Below, piece by piece: positions 1-18,244 of a stretch of DNA of 64,000 bases. This stretch comes from Macrostomum lignano. Taxonomy: Eukaryota. Position numbers and translations under genes: made by a program. Location: NCBI GenBank assembly GCA_002269645.1, contig NIVC01000307.1:1-64000 (forward strand), written 5' to 3'. The notes below the pieces were generated by a model that saw only the letters and a list, made by a program, of their open reading frames with translations, did not search any database and was not told the origin of the DNA. Numbering within the stretch: position 1 is the stretch's first letter; every line of letters begins with the position of its first letter.

Positions 1-275
1 CTGCTGCATTTTCTGAAACGTCAACAAAGGGTTCGTCTCCACTGCATCGAGTAGCAGTTGGACCTGAGGCTCTCGAGCAACTTTCCTTGGCGATTGCCAC
101 CCTTTCGCAGGCAATCTCTGCCGGCAGAGTTTCAAGGCGCTCCTGGATGCTGTAAACCACCTTTTCTTTTACATTCAGCAACCTTGCAATGTCCTTTGGG
201 TGTTCACCTCCGTCGAGTGCTTCGATCACAAGCCAATGACATTTGTTCAACAGCCTAGCATATGGTCCACAACTG
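1..275 (-). mobile_element. Degenerate Tc1/IS630-like transposase N-terminal fragment (frameshifted, runs off window edge)
   Basis: Manual - strand translation gives GPYARL..WLVIEALDGGEHPKDIARLLNVKEKVVYSIQER (HTH-like). Other frames then give KGGNRQGK and QLLLDAVETNPLLTFQKMQQ. This matches the HTH / RGG.R..K / VE.NP..T pattern of Tc1/IS630-type transposases and needs frameshifts to join. Confidence 0.5.
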
Positions 276-1039
276 AGCTGAGCTGCTAAATAAATTGATG
301 CTTGTTGGACCAAATTAAATGCAGCTGTGCCAGCCTTGCTACCATAGACAAAGCTCCGTTACATTGGCAAACATATCTTGGATTAAATTCAATGCGCGTA
401 AGCCCAAATGGGCTGCAAAAGCTATATTATTAGTTAGCTATCTGTTGTTTATTTTGCAAATATGTCAGTTGCTATGCACTTGCTTGCACTCTTACTGTTC
501 TTCGTTCATAATTGTTTATTTCAGTGAAGTATTTTTGTGGTAGCAAATTTAATCAAACTTTGTGTGTTGCGTGCATTTTTTCATTTTTTATTGTTGCAGC
601 TTATACTTATTAGTCGTCATCTTAATGTATCAATTTTAATGTACTCTCGTCGTCATCTACTAATTAACATTAAGATAAATAAAATTTACAATATCCTCAT
701 GAACAAATATCAGCTTTTTGTTTGAATTAATATTTATTTTTTTAGTTTTTACACCCCTTAGTAGGTCCTAAGTTCGAATACCTTCGACTTAACACATAAA
801 CTAAATGCATAAACTCTAATGCTGATTTTTTCATGAACGGTTCCATGTTGTAATGAAATTCTATGTCTGTAGCCAGGCTGCCGCAGTCTTTCAGTCTTGG
901 TGAGTTTGCCTTCTTTAATGACTAATTTGTAGTATTTATCTTTGCTATCTTAATAATTTAAATTATTTCATATTTGCCAAGCTTATCTATTCTTCCTAAA
1001 TTTCCCTAAAATTGTCACAGAGTCTAGGGATTTTTCATA

Positions 1040-1510
1040 TTAAATTAGCTGTGGTATTCTCGGGATTTACCTTAGATAAAGATTCTGGGGATTTACCTTA
1101 GTAGATGAAGATTCTTGGGATTTACCTTAGACTGGGATTCTTGGGATTGGGATTCTTGGATTTTCCCTTAGATGTAATAGATTCTTGGGATTTACCTATA
1201 TTTATGGGGATTCTCGGGATTCCCCCTATATGGGGATTTTTGGTATTTACCTTAGATAGGAATTCTTGGGATGTGCCTTAGATGAGGATTCTGAGGATTT
1301 CCCCTGAGATTTAATAGGATTCTCGGGATTTTCCTATATTTATGGGGATTCTCGGGATTCCCCTTAGATGGGGATTCTTGGGATGTGTTGGGATTTGTTG
1401 GAATTCACGAAATTTCTCCTAAGATTTATGTGGATTCTCGGGAGTCCTCTAAATTTATACGATTCCGGGAATTTTACTTTGATTTATTGGGATTCTCAGG
1501 ATTTCCCTCT
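1040..1510. repeat. Degenerate ~20-bp tandem repeat (GGGATTCTTGGGATTTACCTTA-like)
   Basis: Repeated gggattct(t/c)gggatt motif visible throughout. Confidence 0.7.
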
Positions 1511-1701
1511 GAGTAGCTAGGGTTTACTCTTGTATCTGCCGTTTCCACGGATACATCCACATGGCTTTTCCAATTGTGGAATTCCTGCAGACGCCACAGG
1601 GGATTTAGTTAGGCAGGTACCCCCTCTGTGCCATGGGTTGGGGTTTATGTACTTTAAGCTATCCTAGTGTACTTTTATCTTCGTTACTTTATTCACTACA
1701 G

Positions 1702-7407
<5,706 letters not shown>

Positions 7408-7464
7408 TTGAGCAGTGCCAAGCTTCATTTTAAAGATTCAATGCTTTTGAAATTCAGGAGTGGA

Positions 7465-8455
7465 GATGCGGATTCAAGGATGCTGAGAAGGGGGCGGAAA
7501 GGCGGATTCAAGGATACTGAGAAGGGGCGGAGAGGCGGATTCAAGGATACTGAGAAGGGGGCGGAGAGGCGGATTCAAGGATACTGAGAAGGGGCGGAGA
7601 GGCAGATTCAAGGATACTGAGAAGGGGGCGGAGAGGCGGATTCAAGGATACTGAGAAGGGGGCGGAGAGGCGGATTCAAGGATACTGAGAAGGGGCGGAG
7701 AGGCGGATTCAAGGATACTGAGAAGGGGGCGGAGAGGCGGATTCAAGGATACTGAGAAGGGGCGGAGAGGCAGATTCAAGGATACTGAGAAGGGGGCGGA
7801 GAGGCGGATTCAAGGATGCTGAGAAGGGGGCGGAGAGGCGGATTCAAGGATACTGAGAAGGGGCGGAGAGGCGGATTCAAGGATACTGAGAAGGGGGCGG
7901 AGAGGCGGATTCAAGGATGCTGAGAAGAGGGCGGAGAGGCGGATAGGCGGATTCAATGATACTGAGAAGGGGCGGAGAGGCGGAAAGGCGGATTCAATGA
8001 TACTGAGAAGGGGCGGAGAGGCGGATTCAAGGATGCTGAGAAGGGGCGGAAAGGTGGATTCAATGATACTGAGAAGGGGGCGGAGAGGCGGATTCAATGA
8101 TACTGAGAAGGGGGCGGAGAGGCGGATTCAAGGATGCTGAGAAGGGGGCGGAGAGGCGGATTCAAGGATGCTGAGAAGGGGCGGAGAGGCGGATTCAATG
8201 ATACTGAGAAGGGGGTGGAGAGGCGGATTCAATGATACTGAGAAGGGGGCGGAGAGGCGGATTCAAGGATACTGAGAAGGGGCGGAGAGGCGGATTCAAT
8301 GATACTGAGAAGGGGGCGGAGAGGCGGATTCAAGGATGCTGAGAAGAGGGCGGAGAGGCGGATTCAAGGATACTGAGAAGGGGCGGAGAGGCGGATTCAA
8401 GGATGCTGAGAAGAGGGCGGATAGGCGGATTCAAGGATACTGAGAAGAGGGCGGG
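7465..8455. repeat. 33/34-bp minisatellite GAAGGGGCGGAGAGGCGGATTCAAGGATACTGA downstream of AKAP10
   Basis: ~30 tandem copies. Confidence 0.95.
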
Positions 8456-9687
8456 GATGCGGATTCCAGGACTACAAGAGATTTATGGCCAGTTAATGCT
8501 TGCAGGTGCGCTTTTGTATTACATAAAGTACAAAATGTTTGACAGTAAAAACTATTTTCTATCGACTTTTTCTTTCCATTTTTTTCCCTGCAATCCGTCT
8601 TCCTATCAATGTTTTGATTAATGAAGTTGTTAAATCTTTAATAAATTTGATAATCATTTCTAAATTGAAATAATGCCTCACTTGCACGCAAACTTTTTTT
8701 CGGTTTAAGTTTAATCATTTCACTTTATCGCTGTGACAAGAATTGCATGAGTTAATTATTTTCTGGCAATAAAAATTTAAATGTTCTTGGAATGTAGAGT
8801 TAGTATGAACTCGATTGGTTCATTCCCTGGCTAATTTTTTTGTGTTTCTTGCCTGAAATTATTGGCAATCGCTACATGTCGGTAGACTTTGGTGTGCATG
8901 TATTCCTACTAATAAAGCGGAGAGCTGAAAAATGAAAAAATCTCGATTAGTTCAAGAAGTGGTTTGATCTTCTCTCCCTTCTTCCTCTCCCCCTATTATC
9001 CCTTTCTCTATGTCAGTCTCTTTGCTCTTCCATTCTTTCCAATCGCTTTATGTTAAACTTGTACTTTAATTCCAGAAGTTAAATGACAATTAGCTCGTAT
9101 TTTGAATCTGTTTAAATACTTATCTAAAGTTCAATTAATCTTATCGCTTATTCAATTGGTAGATTTCGAATAATAAGTTGATCCTGTTATTTGGCGTGCC
9201 TTAATTGCATAATTTGATTTTTTGTAATAATCTAACATACAAATTTCATATGATAATACGATTATAAAGGCTATTCATAATTCATAAACCAAACGTGTAT
9301 TGTAAAACTACTATAGTGCCAGTGGACTGTCCTTGTCGTGTTAATTGTCTAGACCGGTATTTTTGCATATATTATGTATAATTAATTATAATTTACCTAA
9401 TAATAATTACTATATTAACAGATGACGCTTGTGTAGTAATTGTAAATAAATATAAAATGCTTTAAAACTGATTGATTTTGATTTTCTTGTTTCATGTTTT
9501 TTGTCTTTGCTTATATTCATTTATAGATTTTTTCCTGTAGCAGTAGTATAGTACTTTAAAAAGTTTGTTCCCTAGATGACTTTGAGCACTGCTCAAACCC
9601 TCACATCTAGCGAAGAAGGAACAAGTCATTCCCATTCCAAGGCTGTGTACACTGTGTCTTGGGGAAGGTTATATTTAGGATTCGGGT

Positions 9688-9902
9688 CGACAGTCAAATG
9701 TCACTGACAGTCAAAAGTTACTGGAAGTCAAATGTCACTGACAGTCAAAAGTCACTGACAGTCAAATGTCACTGACAGTCAAATGTCGCTGACAGTCAAA
9801 TGTCACTGGAAATCAAATGTCACTGGAAATCAAATGTCACTGACAATCAAATATCACTGACAGTCAAATGTCGCTGACAGTCAAATGTCACTGACAGTCA
9901 AT
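9688..9902. repeat. 17-bp satellite GTCAAATGTCACTGACA, copy 1
   Basis: Tandem copies; same unit as 16338-17192. Confidence 0.9.
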
Positions 9903-10248
9903 TTTCGTGAGCAATAATCGGGTACTTTAACGCGATAGGCCATTATGTTAGCTCGTATCAGAAATGTGTGATAATGTGAAAAAACCTGTGTTGTTTTGCT
10001 GTTATGCTACGGCATGGTCTGTCAGGAACACCGAACGGTTTCAACACGTTTGCTTTGCCCAGCTGGTGTGACGGACACAGATTGGCAACGCAATTTCCAC
10101 GTGTGTTTTCTGCGATTGATAAAGCTGAGAAAATGCTACTGAGAAAGAATTGCCATATACTGAGTTGTATAAAAACGTGATTTGGTATTCCTTCGACTTA
10201 TTTTATGCCTATCGAATTCGGCGAATAAACAAAGAACAGCAAGTTAAC

Positions 10249-10680
10249 ATGTCTTCAAGTGTCGCTCCTTTTGTCTGTGCGTTCTGCGCGATTCTTGCCA
10301 TAGTAAGCTGTACTTTTGCTTCGCCAAACCTGTGCGCTGAAGAATATCGTCCAGTTTGCGGGGTCGATGACAACACTTATCCGAATTCTTGCTATGCAGA
10401 ACTAGCCGGAGTTGAAATTCGTCACAATGGTCCTTGCATTTCATTGTGCTTGAATATCTATCGGCCCGTATGCGGATCGGACGGCAAAACGTATCCAAAT
10501 GATTGCTTTGCTAAGTCAGCCGGAGTTGAAATTCAACATGTTGGCGAGTGTGCCGTTGAACAGTGCCCGGACGTCTATCAGCCAGTGTGCGGTGTCGATG
10601 AAAGTACTTACTCAAATGAATGCTACGCTAGACTTGCCGGGGTTGAGGTTAAGCATGAGGGCGAGTGTCCGAAGATCTGA
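10249..10680 (+). CDS. Secreted three-domain Kazal-type serine protease inhibitor (atypical 4-Cys domains), intronless
   Basis: ATG 10249, hydrophobic signal peptide, three C-x7-C-G-x-D-x2-TY-x-N-x-C-x14-C repeats (PVCGxDxxTYxNxC). AATAAA follows at ~10695. Confidence 0.9.
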   Translation: MSSSVAPFVCAFCAILAIVSCTFASPNLCAEEYRPVCGVDDNTYPNSCYAELAGVEIRHNGPCISLCLNIYRPVCGSDGKTYPNDCFAKSAGVEIQHVGECAVEQCPDVYQPVCGVDESTYSNECYARLAGVEVKHEGECPKI

Positions 10681-10789
10681 TCAACTATTAAGGAAAATAA
10701 ACGCTTCTATAAAAAACAAAAAGTGTTTTGTGCGATTTTAATCGGAATATCCTAAAAAGTTTAACAGTTTTCTTGAGCTTCGACATCAC

Positions 10790-11415
10790 CCTGTGTGAGC
10801 GTGTGTATGAGTGCGGGAGTCAGCGAAATGGGCAGAATCGCCTCACCTATCGCTGGTTGTGGGATGATGTCACCAGTGGCCCCACAGTACAATCTCCTGT
10901 CATTGTTTTATTAGAAATCATTGATGATGATGCTTTCAAGTTTCAAATACTACTAAATGTTTTTAGTAGTCAACGGTGGCTTTCAAAAGTGCCTAATACA
11001 TGCTTTCGGATTTACAGCATTTCGACCAAAAATCTCATCATGTCATCAGGTTTTGGAAAATAATGTTTCGAAGAATTGAAACCATGGAAAAAATGGCAAA
11101 AATGCCAATAGGGCCAACATTTTTAGTAAGCTAAAAACAAAAGTTGAATTTTACTAACCTAATTTGATGCAGTTTAAAGCTAATACAATTGGATGCACGC
11201 ACTGTACTGCGTGGTCATAAGACTTTCTCCTACTTTTTTGTCTACAGGCAGGCATATTCATCGGGTTTCGGGTACCCTGGCGCAACACCTTCAGCGACAT
11301 GGTCCCGCAACCAGCACTGAGGCAATTCTTGCCCATTCCACTGACTCCCGGGCACAGACAAGCGCGCCAATACACAAGCTCACACAGCGTGTACAGCGAC
11401 TCTCTGACTTTCTAA
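10790..11415. repeat. Imperfect inverted pair of a dispersed repeat (10790-10880 vs 11295-11395)
   Basis: ctgtgtgagc..cgggagtcag..aatgggc.agaat.gcctca..gctggttg.ggga..atgtc aligns with the reverse complement of 11295-11395. An internally deleted third copy lies at 18861-18910. Confidence 0.7.
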
Positions 11416-12021
11416 TGTACAATTCTAATGTGGGGTTCTAATGTACACACCGTTGAAAACGATACCGTGACAAAAATCGCTAAAGAGTAGGGTTTTGGCA
11501 CCGAGTTCGTGGTAGGCGTTCGGGTAGGGTTTTGGCACCGAGTTCGTGGTAGGCGTTCGGGTTGGGTTTTGGCACCGGATTCGGGGTTTTCGAGTTTTTT
11601 ATATTTCGGCCGCGCACCGAATTAAACCAGTGATCGTAGCGCAGGAGTCGGACGCTATTCGGCTTTTTTGTCTTACTTGATTTGTGCAGGGTGGTCCGTA
11701 GACACAGCGGGAGGCGAGGGTCGCTCATTTCGCTAGCCCTGAAGGCCCGCAGACAGGCAGAGGCGTGCGGCCGGTCAGGGTGGTCCGTCCTGCAGCGTGA
11801 TCTTCCGTGGGGAAGACAGTGGCTGGTCTTGTCGCCCGAAGGAACTGGATGAAGTGTCTTATTGTCACTCTATACTACCTTCGATATACTCTGGGTACAA
11901 CATAAGTGGGTATTCTTTTGGGCAAATTCAATCACAGCTTTGTTTTGAAAATTTCAGCTAGCAAACTAAAACTAAAAATTAATCAAAATATTGACTTTCT
12001 AAAGATTGAATAACAAAAACA

Positions 12022-12969
12022 ATGGACGAGCATCTTGCCGCCGCTCGCGACCGAAGGCAGCGAGCTTTGGGTCAGTTGAAACGGCCGCTAAGAAATTTTG
12101 GCTCCGCTCATTTGGTCTGCGGATTGTTGCTTGGCGCCTGCGAGATCGCCATCTTTGCTAAGCTGTCTGGGCCTGAGCAGGTGATGAAGCTGTTATTTTT
12201 AGCGCATGTTCGCTTTAGTTATTTGAATGGGTTACTGGCGAGCTGCGTATTGATGTCTAAGTGACACCCAAATAGGCATACAAGTAAACATTTCAGTAAA
12301 CAGCTAATTAGACAGCTAAGAAGGCTTCTAATTAGACTTTTAAGTAGACAGCTAAGTACGAGCGCTAATCTCCATTAAATAAGCCATCAACATTGCAACA
12401 ATGAACACGCGCAGGTACCATCTCGCCAGTTGCATCAATTAGTAATATTCCTATCGCCAGTCTTCATCCTAACTGGCCTACTGTCGCTAGCGGTTTATTT
12501 TACTCCGCCAAAATCGCTGCGCCGTCTCGGCATACTCAGCGTTGTAGCCGCCGCTGCCGCTCTATGCTGTTCAATTATTGGCATCTCGGTTGTCTCTAAC
12601 AGTCTGCAAGGCCATGCCAATGTTATCAGTACTAAATCGTCTAGCGTTACGGCCAGTCAATCGCTGCAGGATTCGAATGATAATTTCTCTGTCACTATGC
12701 ACGCTATTGAAGCCGCACTGTTAGCTGTTGAGACACTGGCTAGCATTGGCCATCTGACTCTTGGCTGTCGCCAGTTCTGCTGTCGGGAACTGCACCCGAT
12801 TGGCAAGGCTGACATGGAACCGGCTGAAGACGGGGCTGAGACAGCTCTGGCGATGGGAGTCGCTCGCAGTGCCAGTCGGGACAGTCGCCTATCGCCCTAC
12901 TATGAGCAGTCTAATCAGAGTTTTCGCGACATGGCTAGGGAGATAGAAGCTGGCCCGGATCGCGTGTGA
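12022..12969 (+). CDS. CD20/MS4A-like four-pass membrane protein
   Basis: Two exons, 12022-12180 (CAG|GTGATG) and 12415-12969 (GCAG|), both phase 0. Four hydrophobic segments; TM4 is followed by CRQFCC, as in CD20-like proteins. Confidence 0.6.
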
Positions 12970-12979
12970 TTCGATTGTT

Positions 12980-13305
12980 GTCTGTCTGTCTAAGTGTCTG
13001 TCTGTCTGTCTGCCTTAGTGTCTGTCTGTCTGTCTGCCTTAGTGTCCGTCTGTCTGTCTGTCTTAGTGTCTGTATGTCTGTCTGTCTGTCTGTCTGTCTT
13101 AGTGTCTGTATGTCTGTCTGTCTGTCTGTCTTAGTGTCTGTCTTAGTGTCTGTCTGTCTTAGTGTCTGTCTGTCTTAGTGTCTGTCTGTCTTAGTGTCTG
13201 TCTGTCTTAGTGTCTGTCTGTCTGTCTGTCTGTCGGTCTTAGTGTCTGTCTTAGTGTCTGTCTGTCTGTCTGTCTTAGTGTCTGTCTGTCTTCATGTCAG
13301 TATGT
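12980..13305. repeat. (TCTG)n microsatellite with TCTTAGTG interruptions
   Basis: Starts directly after the CD20-like stop codon. Confidence 0.95.
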
Positions 13306-13614
13306 CTGCCTCTTGGAGTTAGAGTCGGCGGACTGTGTGCATCCTGGCGCACTTTGAGCAGAGTGAGAGAGATAGAGAGAAGAAACTTTTAAAAAATTAA
13401 CTATAATTTCTTAATTGCTTTCTCGTAAAAGCCAGGCTTTTTATTATTTCTGTTCTTCTCCACGCGTTTCTCTTTGTTTTGCTGGGCAGCTGGGCGTTTG
13501 TTTTTTCGTAACACTTTTTTTCGCGTTTTGTTGAGCATTGTGTCTAATTTCATTGTATTTTTGTGTCTGTCGGTTTGGTGGTATTTGGGCTGAATTTATG
13601 TGTTTGTCCCTGGC

Positions 13615-13856
13615 TGTTTCTGGCTGTCTCTTGACTGTGTCTGTTTTGTCTCTTGACTGTCTGTTTTGTCTCTTGACTGTGTCTGTTTTGTCTCTTGACT
13701 GTGTCTGTTTTGTCTCTTGACTGTGTCTGTTTTGTCTCTTGACTGTGTCTGTTTTGTCTCTTGACTGTGTCTGTTTTGTCTCTTGGCTGTGTCTGTTTTG
13801 TCTCTTGACTGTGTCTGTTTTGTCTCTTGACTGTGTCTGTTTTGTCTCTTGGCTGA
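13615..13856. repeat. 22-bp minisatellite TGTCTCTTGACTGTGTCTGTTT
   Basis: Tandem copies. Confidence 0.93.
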
Positions 13857-14621
13857 TAATGCATAATTTTCTGTAATATTTTTCATGCTTATTGCAGCTA
13901 GCGTTTATTTTATTCATTGCTGTTTTTATAGAGGCTTTTTTTTCAAAAACTTCCTAATATTGCTTTGCCCTGCTTTAGCAGTTGTTAAGCTTCAGTCTTA
14001 TAGCACTCGCATTTAATAAATATGTCTATTTATATTAATGACTTTACCGCGATAGCACTGTTAATTTTGTTGCTATTTAATCTCTTCTTTTATCGAATTT
14101 CACTAGAAGTTTATTTCAACGTTTTTTTCTGTCTTAATGTTATATAATATATTACTTAAAGTAGGTCTGGCCTATAAACGTGTTTTTTCAGCTGAGCAGT
14201 GGTCACTATTTTATTGTTTTATTACCTGCCATCTCAAAGTATTATTAGCTTGATTAGCGCGTGCCAGTATTAATTATATTTATCAGCGTTATTCACAATT
14301 TTAATTGACATTTTATGACATTTGAATTTTTCAAGTGCGTATTGTACTTTTCAAACGCTTTACACTTGCTTCTTTATCCGCAGGTTATCATGCATTATAA
14401 ATATTGTCCAACTATTATCATTTTACAGCTTATAAACATACAACTTTTTGCATTAATTCTTTTCATTTTTGGATAATTTTAAAGTTTAGAATAATCTTCA
14501 ATATCATAGATATTCATAAATTTGTCTTTTAAACATACGCTCGTAATAATTTGTCTGTTATGATAATTTAAAAACTAAAGCGTCATGCTGAGGTTTTTAG
14601 ATTTTGGTGTCTATGTGTCTG

Positions 14622-14676
14622 TCGTTCTGTCTGTCTGTCTGTCTGTCTGTCTGCCTGTCTGTCTGTCTGTCTGTCC

Positions 14677-14716
<40 letters not shown>

Positions 14717-14733
14717 GTCTGTCTGTCTGTCTA

Positions 14734-14812
<79 letters not shown>

Positions 14813-14827
14813 GTCTGTCTGTCCATC

Positions 14828-14866
<39 letters not shown>

Positions 14867-14867
14867 C

Positions 14868-14924
<57 letters not shown>
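14622..14924. repeat. (TCTG)n microsatellite
   Basis: Visible array. Confidence 0.96.
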
Positions 14925-15127
14925 GGCATATAAAAGATTTACAGCATCATCAAAACATACTTGCTTTATTTCTTCATTGCAATCTTCAAAAGTAAGGTAA
15001 TAATAGCTGGAAAATTCCTTTCTGCCTGATGCATTTTTTGAAAAAAAACTGCTTGTTATTAACGAAGTATGGTAAAACCAAAATAATTTTGTGTTAATTG
15101 ATTTTCAGTTAATCCTACTCTGCCGCA

Positions 15128-15979
15128 ATGGAACTATCGGTGCAAACAAAGACCTACTTAGTTCTTGGCATCATGGTCTGCTGTTTTGCTGTACTTTACC
15201 CGAAAATATTTCACCCCATGATCATGGCCGGTCTTGGTTTACGACAGTCGCAATCCTCTGGTAGCGGCGGCGACTGGCCTGACGGGGTCCACCCGAAACT
15301 TCGGCGCCCGATGCCGGGCGGCCCAGGCGGCGGCCCGGGTCCTCGGATGGCGGCCGAGCATGCGGCATCTGTGCAAGCCAGACAGCAGAGTGGCTTCGGC
15401 GGCAGAGGCAACGTGGTTGGCCTGATTCTGCCGGTGTACGCTATAGGCATTGTGCTGTATCTGGTGTACACCCTGGTCAAAGTGATGGGCGGCTTCAAAT
15501 CCAATAGCAATGCTACTAATAGTAGAAACTCTAGCGCTCGACGCGGCAATTCCGGCGAGGCTATTAACGATTATTATCGCAACTTTCATTTCGATCCGTT
15601 GAGCGGATAATTTGTTGATAATCATAATTCCACACGGTCGGCTAGTAGCGGCGTCAGATGCCGTCGTGATGATGATGGAGATAATGGAGATTTCGTTGAG
15701 CAGAATCGGTACGAACGGATGCACAGAGATCTGGAGAAGCTGCTCCGTCGCGTTGACGATCAGGACATCTCGGAGAATGAATTAGTGCAGTTGCGAAGCC
15801 GACTTGAGGAAACGGAGCGACAGATGACTAGCATTCTTGGCGCTATGCAGAACTTGCAGCAGAAACAGGCTGCTCAGAATGCTGATGCTGATGCTCCGGC
15901 TGATGCTGATGCTCAGCCAACCGAATCAACTGAGACGCGACAGAGAAGGCCGTACAGTCTTGATGCTACTGATAACTGA
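15128..15979 (+). CDS. RIC3: RIC-3 nicotinic acetylcholine receptor chaperone; reading frame interrupted by one in-frame TAA at 15608-15610
   Basis: CFAVLYPKIFHPM, P/G-rich linker, ILPVYAIGIVLYLVYTLVK (second hydrophobic segment), then in the same frame after the TAA the coiled coil ELVQLRSRLEETERQMTSIL. Confidence 0.85.
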
Positions 15980-16337
15980 CAATAAGTCACCGAAGTTTTA
16001 TATATTACTACTACTACTACTTTGAGTAGCTAGTAAATGTTTTGTTGAATGAAAAAGTGAGACAGCCTTTTCTAGCTCCTAAAAAAGTATTGCCATTAGA
16101 TAGTACTTAAATTCAATACAATAAGGCTGCTTTAATGGAGTTATCAGATGACGCCCAACGCAGAGCAATAGGCATTTTATACCATAAAAATTTGTACCAT
16201 GGTCACAGCACTGCCAGGAATAACAAGGGCAAAGCTCCAAGCTAGAGTTAGGCTTAAGGTTTGGGCTAGATTGGCAACTCAAATTGGCAGTTGCTGTTGC
16301 TGACAGGCAAATGCGCAGATACTATATAACAGTATAA

Positions 16338-17192
16338 ATGTCAAATGTCACTGAGAGTCAAATATCACTGGCAGTCAAATGTCACTGAGAGTCAAATATC
16401 ACTGGCAGTTAAATGTCACTAACAGTCAAATGTCACTGAGGGTCAAATGTCACTGACAGTCAAATGTCACTGAGAGTCAATTATCACTGGCAGTCAAATG
16501 TCACTGACAGTCAAATGTCACTGAGAATCAAATGTCACTGAGAATCAATTGTCACTGAGACTCAAATGTCACTGAGAGTCAAATATCACTGGCAGTCAAA
16601 TGTCACTGACAGTCAAATGTCACTGAGAATCAATTGTCACTGAGACTCAAATGTCACTGAGAGTCAAATATCACTGGCAGTCAAATGTCACTGACAGTCA
16701 AATGTCACTGAGAATCAATTGTCACTGAGAGTCAAATGTCACTGACAATCAATTGTCATTGAGAATCAATTGTCACTGAGAGTCAAATGTCACTGACAAT
16801 CAATTGTCATTGAGAATCAAATGTCACTGACAGTCGAATGTCACTGAGAGTCAAATGTCACCGACTAGTCAAATGTCACTGAGAGTCAAATATCACTGGC
16901 AGTCAAATGTCACTGACAGTCAAATGTCACTGAGAATCAATTGTCACTGAGAGTCAAATGTCACTGACAATCAATTGTCACTGACAATCAATTGTCACTG
17001 AGAATCAAATGTCACTGACAGTCAAATGTCACTGAGAGTCAAATGTCACTGACTAGTCAAATGTCACTGACAATCAATTGTCACTGAGAATCAAATGTCA
17101 CTTGCAGTCAAATGTCACCGACAGTCAAGTGTCACTGGCAGTCAAATGTGACTGACAGTCAAATGTCACTAACCGTCAAATGTCACTGACTG
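16338..17192. repeat. 17-bp satellite GTCAAATGTCACTGACA, copy 2
   Basis: ~50 tandem units; each holds the short palindrome TGTCA-C-TGACA. Confidence 0.93.
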
Positions 17193-18244
17193 ACAAATAT
17201 CATAGACCCGTATCTATGGCCATTAATCAGGCATGAAATGCTACCCTGTCGGGGCAAAAAAAGTCACCGCTTCGCACTAATATTGGATCCGATCGATTGG
17301 TCAGACGAAATTTGGTTTTAACAAACTAATGATTAAAATATGCTATCTCTACTACTAATATCAGTGATAAAATATGACGATTATCGATATATTAAAAATA
17401 CATCAGTTAATACACATGTACATCTACGCTTTATGCACTACTTGTAGTAGGTAAAAACTTTATCAATAATTTGCACCCACTTTTAAATGCTGTTAGAAAA
17501 AGTTATATATTAAACGACAGTTTTCTCTTCATAAATTTATTAAATTTTAACTTTCCCTATTAACACAAATTTATCATAACCGTGTTGCTGGATTAAGGTT
17601 TTGTTTTGCTGCACATAATTTCTTATTTCTTTTTGAGTTTCTAACTGATTTATAATCTATATAATCATCTAGATACTGCTTTTACACGCTACTCATATAA
17701 GTAGTTTACAGTTGTTCCTATCGTTAAGTTCTTACTGTCTTCAAAGTAGCTTGTATCATGTATGTTCTGCATTACATTACTATGAGTAGGAAAAAAGAAT
17801 CTGTCAATATTATGTTATTAGCTAGAATTTAGCTCTGTCTAGTCAATGATTTCATTTTTATGCATGGAAAATTTTAAACACAGCTCTTCTTCACATTGTT
17901 ATAATATGCGCTATATACTACTGACATTTTCTATATAATTCAGTTGAGTAAATAAACACTCAATTTCTTGTGTTATTATTTCTATTAATGAAAAATACAA
18001 GTCGAACATCCAAAAAAATTATTGTGTAAGTGTCTGATTGTTTGTTATTTTGCTGTGTTTTTTAACTTGCAGTCTGTTAGCTCGTGATGCAGAGTGTTTA
18101 TTAATTTTACCGATAATTTGGTACACCTTTGCAGTGGCGTTCATGCTTCTGTTCATGAACTGCAAAAAATAACTTTACTTAATTCCAAACACCAATAAAA
18201 CCGAAGCCCAAATTAGGTAGGGTTGATGTAGAAATGTTTCTTTC

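Noticed and set aside
11470-11830. GC-rich segment considered as SRP, RNase P, telomerase RNA or hammerhead ribozyme
   Set aside because: No conserved core motifs recognised on either strand; the short direct repeats suggest a repeat element.
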